Positions 9,617-17,271 of a stretch of 64,000 nucleotides of DNA are shown one piece after another. The position numbers were made by a program, and so were the translations under genes. The notes under the pieces were generated by a model. The model saw only the letters and a program-made list of their open reading frames with translations. It made no database searches and was not told where the DNA came from. The stretch's first letter is position 1. Each line of letters starts with the position of its first letter. The stretch comes from Bdellovibrionales bacterium (GTDB lineage: Bacteria; Bdellovibrionota; Bdellovibrionia; Bdellovibrionales; UBA1609): NCBI GenBank assembly GCA_028819545.1, contig JAPPLG010000019.1:66494-130493 (forward strand), given 5' to 3'.

Positions 9617-10249
9617 TTACAGAAGTCCTGTGCTGATGGGAAAACTTAAGTAAATTTGTGTCATCCAAATGGGTTTAGTTATATTATTTTGTTCCTGGCA
9701 TTCGTTGTCCATACTGTTGCAGGAAAGAATGAACCCCTGCACTTCAAGATTCACTTGTAAAAAAGGCAAGCTTAAATAAGAAACTCCTAATTTAGCTCCA
9801 GGGCCGCTTAGGGCAAAAGATTTTTGTATATTACGTATTTGTTTATCTGCCCAAGACCAGGTTATGGAAGCGTAGGCATCTATAATAAGAGGCAAACCAA
9901 ATGAAATAGAAGGGCCTACTGAAACAATATTATACATATTCTCAGGTGTTTGCTCTATATTTTCGTCGCAAAATGGAGATACGACTTGCTCCAACCCTCT
10001 TACGCTCCGGTCTTTTTTACAGAGTCCGGAATTTACTGTTTGGCCAATATTAAAGGCTTGAAATTGAGAATAGCTGACATCAACACCAGATGTGAGCCCC
10101 CAGTTCTTGTATCCCAGTCGGCCTCCGACAGAAAATCCGGAGTGTAGTTCCCCAAAACCTGCTAATCCTCCCCCGACATAAGGTTCTATGGAAATACTGG
10201 CATATGCAAAGAAAGGAAAAAGAATTAACAAAAATAAAAGACGAAACAT
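9617..10249 (-). CDS. Small outer-membrane beta-barrel protein (OmpA/OmpX-like barrel)
   Basis: Signal peptide MFRLLFLLILFPFFAYA and alternating Gly/aromatic beta-strand pattern (GGRLGYKNWGLTSGVDVSY...). Confidence 0.5.
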   Translation of the reverse strand: MFRLLFLLILFPFFAYASISIEPYVGGGLAGFGELHSGFSVGGRLGYKNWGLTSGVDVSYSQFQAFNIGQTVNSGLCKKDRSVRGLEQVVSPFCDENIEQTPENMYNIVSVGPSISFGLPLIIDAYASITWSWADKQIRNIQKSFALSGPGAKLGVSYLSLPFLQVNLEVQGFILSCNSMDNECQEQNNITKPIWMTQIYLSFPISTGLL

Positions 10250-10397
10250 ATACGAACCCTCTATTCATATTTGAAAATCTTTCTTTATTGAAGTCAAATA
10301 GGTATTTTAAAGGTGTATAATTTAATTGAGACATACTGGACTTTTATAAACTATTTTGGTAAATGTTTGATAGTTTTAGAAATTGTGTGTCAAAAAA

Positions 10398-12635
10398 ATG
10401 TCGAAAATAAAATCTTTAGAAGTTTTAGAAAACTATAAGAAGTATCAAGGCCGGTTAGATACTGTAAGAGAAAAAACGAAACGTCCTCTCACTTTTGCAG
10501 AGAAGATTCTTTTTTCACATCTTACACAAATTCCTGATAGTTTTGTCAGAGAGGGGTTTTTGTCTTTGATGCCGGATCGAGTGGCTATGCAAGATGCTAC
10601 AGCACAAATGGCTTTGCTTCAATTTATGTTAGCCGGAAAAACCAAAACCTATAAACCTACTACTGTACACTGTGATCATCTGATTAGAGCTGAACATGGT
10701 GAGCAAAATGATATGAAACAAGCTCTCAGTGAACACGGGGAGGTTTTTGATTTTTTATCTTCAGCTTCCAGTCACTATGGTATTGATTTTTGGGGGCCCG
10801 GATCAGGGATTATCCATCAGGTTGTTTTGGAAAATTATGCTTACCCTGGGGGGTTGATGATTGGCACTGACTCTCACACTCCGAATGCGGGAGGTTTGGG
10901 AATGCTGGCTATTGGTGTAGGGGGAGCAGATGCGGCCGATGTTATGGCAGGCCTTCCATGGGAGGTTAAATTTCCAAAAATTGTAGGGGTGCATTTAACA
11001 GGGCGTCTTCAAGGGTGGACTTCCCCTAAAGATGTTATTTTAAAGCTGTTGAAGATCATGACAGTTAAGGGAGGCACCAATCGTATTATTGAATATTTTG
11101 GGGAAGGCTGTTTGGAGATTAGCTGTACAGGAAAGGCCACTATTACTAATATGGGTGCTGAGTTGGGAGCCACCTCTTCCCTGTTTCCTTATGACGATCG
11201 GATGAGTCAGTACCTTAAAGCAACAAATCGGGAAGATATTGCGCAACTGTCAAATCAATATGCTTCTTTTTTAAAGGCGGACGAAGAAGTTATAAAGAAT
11301 CCACACTCTTACTTTGATGAAATTATTGAAATTAACTTATCTGAATTAGAGCCTCATCTTTGTGGACCTTCTTCTCCGGACTCCGGTTATCCGGTAAAGC
11401 AAATTAAGGAAGAGGCAAAAAAACAGGGTTGGCCTTGTGAGCTTTCTGCCTGCCTTATAGGCTCCTGCACAAACTCTTCTTATGAAGATATCAGTAAAGC
11501 TGTACATGTCGCACGTCAGGCTCGAAAACAAGGGTTGAAAATGCCCCAGCCTTTTTTAATTACACCGGGATCAGACCAGATAAAAAGAACTATTGAAAGA
11601 GAGGGAATGCTGGAGGATTTTTCAGCTATTGGAGCTGTTGTGTTGGCAAATGCCTGCGGCCCCTGTATTGGGCAGTGGAAGAGAAGTGAGTATAAAAAAG
11701 GAGATCGAAATACAATTATTAATAGTTTTAATCGCAACTTTAAGGGAAGAAATGATGCTAACCCGGCGACTTTATCTTTTATTGGAAGTCCGGAAATGGT
11801 TGTGGCCATTGGTTTGTCCGGAAGCTTGGATTTTAATCCTGCAACGGACACTTTGAAAAATAATTTTAAGCTGAAGCCGCCTGTAGGAGATGAGCTTCCT
11901 AAAAATGGTTTTAGTTTTAGCTCTTATGGCTTTAAAGAGCCTGAAGGCTCTTCAACTCCTATTTTAATTCGTGATAAGTCTGAAAGACTTCAAAAATTAA
12001 TACCGTTTACTCCATGGAAAAAAGAAAACTTTGAAAAGTTGGTTTTGCTTTGTAAAGCTAAGGGAAAGTGCACTACAGATCATATTTCTCCTGCGGGATA
12101 TTGGTTGAGATACCGGGGGCACTTGGATCGAATATCAGACAACCTTTTGCTGACTGCTGAAAATGCTTTTCATTCTTTAAGCGGCAAGGGATACCATCCT
12201 TTGACAGGAAAAGAGCTGGAATTTAATAAAATTGCTCGTGACTTAAAATCCAAAAATGTTCATTGGGTGATTATAGGTGGACAAAACTATGGAGAGGGAA
12301 GCAGTCGTGAGCATGCGGCAATGACTCCAAGGTATTTAGGATGTGCTTTCGTTCTGACTCAAAGTTTTGCCCGTATTCATGAAACAAATTTAAAAAAACA
12401 AGGGGTTTTGCCTTTAACTTTTGTAAAATCTGAGGGTTATGATCAAATTGAGGAAAAAGATCGGTTTACTTTACTGGATTTGGAATCTCTTTCTCCAAAC
12501 AGTGTTCATCAATTGCTTGTTGAAAAATCAGAGGGATCGAAATTAAAGATCCCTGTAACTCATTCTTTAAATGCGGAACAGGTTAAATGGTTTTGGGCGG
12601 GCTCTGCTCTCAACTATCTTCGAAGTCAACAGTAA
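10398..12635 (+). CDS. acn: Aconitate hydratase, short (~750 aa, mitochondrial-like) type
   Basis: DSHTPNAGG, IGSCTNSS and ANACGPCIGQW Fe-S ligand motifs, plus SREHAA. The ATG at 10398 is preferred to the ORF-track start at 10383. Confidence 0.9.
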   Translation: MSKIKSLEVLENYKKYQGRLDTVREKTKRPLTFAEKILFSHLTQIPDSFVREGFLSLMPDRVAMQDATAQMALLQFMLAGKTKTYKPTTVHCDHLIRAEHGEQNDMKQALSEHGEVFDFLSSASSHYGIDFWGPGSGIIHQVVLENYAYPGGLMIGTDSHTPNAGGLGMLAIGVGGADAADVMAGLPWEVKFPKIVGVHLTGRLQGWTSPKDVILKLLKIMTVKGGTNRIIEYFGEGCLEISCTGKATITNMGAELGATSSLFPYDDRMSQYLKATNREDIAQLSNQYASFLKADEEVIKNPHSYFDEIIEINLSELEPHLCGPSSPDSGYPVKQIKEEAKKQGWPCELSACLIGSCTNSSYEDISKAVHVARQARKQGLKMPQPFLITPGSDQIKRTIEREGMLEDFSAIGAVVLANACGPCIGQWKRSEYKKGDRNTIINSFNRNFKGRNDANPATLSFIGSPEMVVAIGLSGSLDFNPATDTLKNNFKLKPPVGDELPKNGFSFSSYGFKEPEGSSTPILIRDKSERLQKLIPFTPWKKENFEKLVLLCKAKGKCTTDHISPAGYWLRYRGHLDRISDNLLLTAENAFHSLSGKGYHPLTGKELEFNKIARDLKSKNVHWVIIGGQNYGEGSSREHAAMTPRYLGCAFVLTQSFARIHETNLKKQGVLPLTFVKSEGYDQIEEKDRFTLLDLESLSPNSVHQLLVEKSEGSKLKIPVTHSLNAEQVKWFWAGSALNYLRSQQ

Positions 12636-12721
12636 AGAATGTAAAATATTCATTTTTGGTTATTTTGTTTTTACTTGGTCATTACTCATGATAGCTTTGG
12701 CTTGTATCGGAGGGTAGTAAA

Positions 12722-13309
12722 ATGAAAATTTTTAGTCAAATAATTACTGTATTTGTATTATCTCTTATCTCTTTACCTCTTTTAGGACAGTCTGAAGTGG
12801 GTGAAAATATTTATACAGATGCTGATTCGAGTGGTATTTTATGGAAAAATAATCCTATCCCCTCTCCTCAATTTAAGATTTTTACTATTGAAAATAAGAC
12901 TATTCCTTTATCACGTGATCTTGGTTCTATAGGCGCTCTCTCAGTTCGAGAGATGGTGGAGCGTAGTTATCCAATAGATGTGGATGAATTTGGCAACACT
13001 TTTTTTCTACAATCTTGTATAGAGGGCAATATTGAAAAGTATTTACTTTTTTTGGGATCTGTAGTGGATGTGAATGAACCCAATAATAATGGCAATACCT
13101 GTCTTCATCTTTTAGCTTATGGGGGGCATTTTGCTCAAATGATAACTGTGCGAAAAAATGGAGGGGATCTCACGCTGGAAAATAACGATGGACACACTCC
13201 ATTTGATATAGCGCGTATGGCGTTTGCAGAGAAAAAAAATGATTTGGCTTTCTATCCTGAAGTTATGGGCCTCCTAACAATAAGGCTGTGGAGTGAAACT
13301 TCTGAATAA
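12722..13309 (+). CDS. Secreted ankyrin-repeat protein
   Basis: Signal peptide; NGNTCLHLLAYGGHFAQMITVRKNGGDLTLENNDGHTPFDIA matches the ANK consensus (TxLHxA...G...DG.TP). Confidence 0.6.
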   Translation: MKIFSQIITVFVLSLISLPLLGQSEVGENIYTDADSSGILWKNNPIPSPQFKIFTIENKTIPLSRDLGSIGALSVREMVERSYPIDVDEFGNTFFLQSCIEGNIEKYLLFLGSVVDVNEPNNNGNTCLHLLAYGGHFAQMITVRKNGGDLTLENNDGHTPFDIARMAFAEKKNDLAFYPEVMGLLTIRLWSETSE

Positions 13310-13407
13310 GCTTATTTTTGCCATAGGATCACAAAATCAATATTTAATCTCTTGAATTTAAATCCAAAGTTATTATATTTTCTTTAATCTTTTAGGGAGA
13401 TTGAAAC

Positions 13408-14634
13408 TTGTCGTATATTGTGATTTTTTCCATTTTAATTTGTGTTTGTCTCTGGTTTATTTTGGATCTGAATGCCAAGTTAAAAACTTCTCGCGGGCAA
13501 CTTGAAGAACATAAAAATAAATTGAATCAAACTGAGCTTTCTTGTCGGGAAAAAGAAGTAAAACTGGCTCTTTTGGAAAAGCAAAAAAAACAGGATGAAG
13601 ATAAGTTAAAAGATTTGTTAGCCACTATGCAGATTCAATTTGAAAATTTATCTCAAAAAATTTTTCAGGAAAAATCCTCTCAATTTAAAAAAGACTCGAA
13701 AGAGCAACTGGAAAATACTTTAAGCCCTTTAAAGGAGCAAATTAAACTTTTTCAGGAAAAAGCAGAACGGTACTATGGAGAAGGGTCTAAAGAAATGTTT
13801 TCTTTAAAAAATGAAATAAAAAATCTTATGCAAAACAGCCAGCAAATTCATCAGACTGCTGAGAATTTAACAAATGCTCTAAAAGGCAGTGTGAAAGCTC
13901 AAGGGACCTGGGGTGAGTCTGTTTTAAATCATATATTGGAAGCTTCAGGCCTTAGGGAAGGTGCAGAGTATGTTATTCAGGGCAAGGGTATGAGTTTAAA
14001 ATCCGAAGCGGGTTCTGCCTTAAAACCGGATGTTATTGTTAATCTTCCTCAATCCCGTCACCTGGTAATTGACGCCAAGGTATCACTTATTCACTATGAG
14101 CAGTTTATTCAGTCAAAGGATTCGGAAGAGCAGGCTCAGTTGCTGAAAAACTTCACTACCTCCATTCGAAAGCATGTTTCTGGACTCAGTTTGAAACAAT
14201 ATCAAAGCGCTTTAGGTCTTAATTCTTTGGATTTTGTCTTTTTGTTTTTCCCTTTGGAAAGCGCTTTTTCTATAGCTTTGCAGGCGGAGCCTTCTATTGC
14301 AGATTTTGCCTGGAAAGAGTCTGTAGTCATCGTCAGTCCAACAACTCTTTTAGCCACTCTTCGAACGGTGGCTTTTATGTGGCAAAGAGATAAAGAGAGA
14401 ACAAATGCAGTGGAAATTTCGCAAAAAGCCGGCTCTTTATATGATAAATTTGTTGGATTTGTTGAAGATTTAAGACAAGTGGGGCAAAACTTGGAGCGGT
14501 CTTCTGCAAGTTATCAGGAAGCTTATAAGAAACTTTATACGGGAAAAGGTAATATTATCTCTCGTCTTGAAGATATTAAAACAATGGGGGCTCGAACCCG
14601 TAAAAGCATTCCTTCTTCAGAGATTACAAAATAA
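13408..14634 (+). CDS. rmuC: DNA recombination protein RmuC
   Basis: N-terminal TM helix plus long coiled coil. C-terminal nuclease-like region KPDVIVNLPQSRHLVIDAKVSL...FVFLFFPLESAF is typical of RmuC. TTG start. Confidence 0.85.
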   Translation: MSYIVIFSILICVCLWFILDLNAKLKTSRGQLEEHKNKLNQTELSCREKEVKLALLEKQKKQDEDKLKDLLATMQIQFENLSQKIFQEKSSQFKKDSKEQLENTLSPLKEQIKLFQEKAERYYGEGSKEMFSLKNEIKNLMQNSQQIHQTAENLTNALKGSVKAQGTWGESVLNHILEASGLREGAEYVIQGKGMSLKSEAGSALKPDVIVNLPQSRHLVIDAKVSLIHYEQFIQSKDSEEQAQLLKNFTTSIRKHVSGLSLKQYQSALGLNSLDFVFLFFPLESAFSIALQAEPSIADFAWKESVVIVSPTTLLATLRTVAFMWQRDKERTNAVEISQKAGSLYDKFVGFVEDLRQVGQNLERSSASYQEAYKKLYTGKGNIISRLEDIKTMGARTRKSIPSSEITK

Positions 14635-14789
14635 ACGTCGTTTTTTTGAAATACTGCACTATTTTCAAACAGGTGTTATAATAGTAAAAATAACTAGACA
14701 TTAGTCAGAGGGAAGGACTTCAGCTTTCCTTTCTTCGTATTTCTCTTATAAAATTATAGATTGTAAATTTATATCAAGATATTGGCCAT

Positions 14790-16103
14790 ATGCTAAAATA
14801 TTTTCTTTTATTTTCTAGTGTGATTTTTTTTACCTCCTGCTTGGATAATGGCAATTATGAACCTGCAAGAGAGTATCCTACAGACCGGTTCACTGAAAAT
14901 CGAACCAGCAGTGTTCGGTGTAATGGTTCCGGTAATAGTTCTCGCGGAGGTGATATTAGTATTTCTAAATCAGATGATATTAGCAGTAATAATGCCGGAG
15001 AATATAGAGTTTCCGGGCATTGTGAGAGATCCAATGAACCTGTACAAATTTCGGTTGAAAATAAGAGTTTGGAAAAAATGTGCTCTGGAGGGAGATGGAG
15101 TGCTACTTTAGATGTGACTAGTGTTGTTCAGAGGCAGGATACTGTGAGCATCTCTGTTTCAAGCTCCGGTTCATCAGCTTGTGTTGCTGTTGATAATCGA
15201 TTTAATTGTCCTGAAGGATATATTCCTGTGCCCAGATTGACTGGTTATACAGAAAGAGATTTTTGCGTTATGGAATATGAAGCTTCCAGTGAATATAGAA
15301 GAGATGACCGGTACAGTAGCGGTAGATATGGCAGTAGCAGTAGTTACGGCAGCAGATATGGCGGCGGCAGTAGTTACGGCAGTAATAGCAGGTATGGAGG
15401 TTATGGTAATTCCAGGAGTGGAGGTTACTATGAGGATGATGAGTATTATTTTGATAGAGCTATCTCCAGATCTGGCAATGACCCTTGGACAGAAATCTCT
15501 CATGGAGAGGCTCAGCAAAAATGCCAAAATAATGGTATTGGGTATAATTTAATTACTAATGATGATTGGCAGACTATTGCCCGTCATATTGAATCAGAGC
15601 ATTTTAATTGGTCTGAGGGCAGAGCCGTCGTACGTGCAAATAATATTTTGAATGTTGGTGTGGCTTTAACGGGTGCTTATGGCAGTTCCAGAAGGGGCGG
15701 TTCTTCTTCCCGTTGGGAAATTCAAAAGCGTACGCATAGTTTACCTAATGCAGAGGAAATTTGGGATTTTTCCGGAGGTGTTTGGGAGCTTGTATCAGAC
15801 ACTGTTTCTGCGTTGGGTATACGAAGCGAGGGCAATAAAAATATTTCTGAACTTTCTGGTGAGAATAAAAGACTTTTTGGACCCAAGAGTAATTATAATT
15901 CTTTATCTGATAGGAGGAGTACTCGTGAAACTCCTGGAGGACTGGGACATGCAAGGCTTTCTTCAGCAAGAGATTATGTAGCCCGCGGTGGAGGGTCTTC
16001 TGAAAGGGATCTGGGGGTATTTTCTGTCAGAGCGGATATTGATAGCAATAGAAGTGGGTCTGCTCTTAGGGGTATAGGTTTTCGCTGTATTTTTCGCCCT
16101 TAA
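14790..16103 (+). CDS. Lipoprotein with an FGE-sulfatase (SUMF1-like) domain interrupted by a Ser/Tyr/Gly/Arg low-complexity insert
   Basis: Lipobox FFTSC. FCVMEYEAS, PWTEISHGEAQQKC, NDDWQTIARH, WDFSGGVWELVSD, ARGGGSS and the terminal GIGFRCIFRP follow the SUMF1 motif order. The insert is RYGSSSSYGSRYGGGSSYGSNSRYGGYGNSRSGGYY. Confidence 0.65.
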   Translation: MLKYFLLFSSVIFFTSCLDNGNYEPAREYPTDRFTENRTSSVRCNGSGNSSRGGDISISKSDDISSNNAGEYRVSGHCERSNEPVQISVENKSLEKMCSGGRWSATLDVTSVVQRQDTVSISVSSSGSSACVAVDNRFNCPEGYIPVPRLTGYTERDFCVMEYEASSEYRRDDRYSSGRYGSSSSYGSRYGGGSSYGSNSRYGGYGNSRSGGYYEDDEYYFDRAISRSGNDPWTEISHGEAQQKCQNNGIGYNLITNDDWQTIARHIESEHFNWSEGRAVVRANNILNVGVALTGAYGSSRRGGSSSRWEIQKRTHSLPNAEEIWDFSGGVWELVSDTVSALGIRSEGNKNISELSGENKRLFGPKSNYNSLSDRRSTRETPGGLGHARLSSARDYVARGGGSSERDLGVFSVRADIDSNRSGSALRGIGFRCIFRP

Positions 16104-16456
16104 TTTGTTTTTTGGACTTTTTGGAGTTCTTTTTCTAAAGCGCCTGATCTAAAACCTTCTTCAATAATATCACAGCCGCCAAAAAGCTCTCCTTGAATAT
16201 AAAGCTGTGGAATAGTCGGCCAATTTCCGTAAATTTTGATACCTTGTCGAATATCTTCATCGCTTAACACGTCAAAAGAACTATATTGAACCTCTAGATG
16301 ATTTAATATCCTTACTACCCGATCTGAAAATCCGCACTGTGGAGTTTGCGGCTCCCCTTTCATAAAGAGCATAACAGGGTTATCGCTCACTAATTTCTTT
16401 ATTCTTTCTTCTGTTTTCATAGGATATACAAATATTGATTTATTTAAACTAGTCAC
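16100..16456 (-). CDS. grxD: Monothiol (Grx4-type) glutaredoxin
   Basis: MLFMKGEPQTPQCGFS active site and WPTIPQLYIQGELFGGCDI. Confidence 0.85.
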   Translation of the reverse strand: MTSLNKSIFVYPMKTEERIKKLVSDNPVMLFMKGEPQTPQCGFSDRVVRILNHLEVQYSSFDVLSDEDIRQGIKIYGNWPTIPQLYIQGELFGGCDIIEEGFRSGALEKELQKVQKTN

Positions 16457-16646
16457 TGTTTTTATCTCAAACGAAGTGAAAAATCCAGAATTTTTTTAAA
16501 TGTGTGTGCAACCTAAAACATCACTGACACTTTATACCGAACACATCGTTGACAGTTTGTTCAAAGGATTATCCAAAGGAATAAACTTACGGCTATCCTC
16601 ATCAAAGCATCCTATGTCATAATCCATAAATGTTACTTTCCATATT

Positions 16647-16713
16647 CTGTATATACTCATCATCCCTATATACACTCATCCCCTGTATGTGTTCACGCCA
16701 TTCCTACGAGTAC
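16647..16713 (+). repeat. Degenerate direct-repeat array (units of ~17-21 nt: TGTATRT-N-TCAYYCC) leading into palindrome P1
   Basis: Units read directly: ctgtatatactcatcatccc / tatatacactcatcccc / tgtatgtgttcacgccattcc / tacgagtacgtcattcc. Similar units recur at 16791-16823 and 16989-17031. Confidence 0.5.
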
Positions 16714-16740
16714 GTCATTCCGGACTTGATCCGGAACCAG
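16714..16740. repeat. Palindromic unit P1: GTCATTCCGGACTTGATCCGGAACCAG (8-bp stem ATTCCGGA/TCCGGAAT-type)
   Basis: Near-identical copies at 38656-38683 and 60628-60655 (reverse), plus a decayed copy at 58993-59020. Confidence 0.85.
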
Positions 16741-16753
16741 TCGTACCTATAAG

Positions 16754-16796
16754 CATTCGCTCAGCAGTTCCGGTTGGCACCTACACTGCTTCGTCG
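16754..16796 (-). repeat. Module L (reverse orientation): hairpin AGCAGT-loop-ACTGCT; loop is the complement of GTAGGTGCCAACCGGA
   Basis: Together with P1 it aligns over ~87 nt with the reverse complement of 60570-60655. By eye about nine in ten positions are identical. Confidence 0.8.
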
Positions 16797-16815
16797 TCAC
16801 TTCCTGTATGTACTT

Positions 16816-16839
16816 GTCACCCCTGCAAAGGCAGGAGTC
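16816..16839. repeat. Palindromic unit P2: GTCACCCCTGCAAAGGCAGGAGTC
   Basis: Second copy at 58670-58693 (GTCACCCCTGCGGAGGCAGGGGTC); inverted partial copy at 58869-58890. Confidence 0.75.
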
Positions 16840-16877
16840 TAGTAAAACATATTATCTTTTTCCAACAGTAGAGAGCT

Positions 16878-16988
16878 AAAATACTTTATATAAGCAACTC
16901 AAAGCTCAGACATGCGGTTTTCCACAGAGTGGACTAGCCACTCTGTGATCAAATCCGAACTCGTTTGAGCCGCTTATACAAAGTATTT
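16878..16988 (+). repeat. H element copy 1 (~110-nt imperfect palindrome)
   Basis: Basal stem AAATACTTTATATAAGC/GCTTATACAAAGTATTT; cores CTCAAAGCTCAGACATGCGGTTTTCC and GATCAAATCCGAACTCGTTTGAG; apical stem CACAGAG-tggactagcca-CTCTGTG. Confidence 0.9.
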
Positions 16989-17271
16989 CATTCCTGTATG
17001 TGTTTAATTCATTCTTCACATGTTAGTTCCCGTTTTTCAAAAAAATCTTACGAAGATATGTGTCTTTTTAAGGTTTTTTAAGGATGCCTTCGATTATTTT
17101 TTATACAACTTTCAAGCTCCTAAGTGGGTTTTATTGATGTCTCTGCATTTACAGTGGGTTATAAAAAGCTTTTTTGTCTGAAATGAAGAGTATTGCTTCA
17201 AAAAGAGATAGACACTGAAGATAAGAAAATATATCTATAAAATTCTCTTTAAACCTAACCTGGGGGCGCTT

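Noticed and set aside
16689-16871. ORF-track ORFs running through the repeat blocks: 16689-16871, 29357-29722, 29420-29632, 38521-38760, 38718-38903, 38830-39045 and 58779-58976. Several end in similar peptides (…SSEFGFD.R…CGK[PT]HV).
   Set aside because: The shared peptides are just translations of the conserved H cores on the minus strand. The rest of each ORF is unrelated between copies, includes translated tandem repeats, lacks an SD, and one ORF would span the thiP-thiQ gap. Nucleotide-level conservation explains them better than coding.
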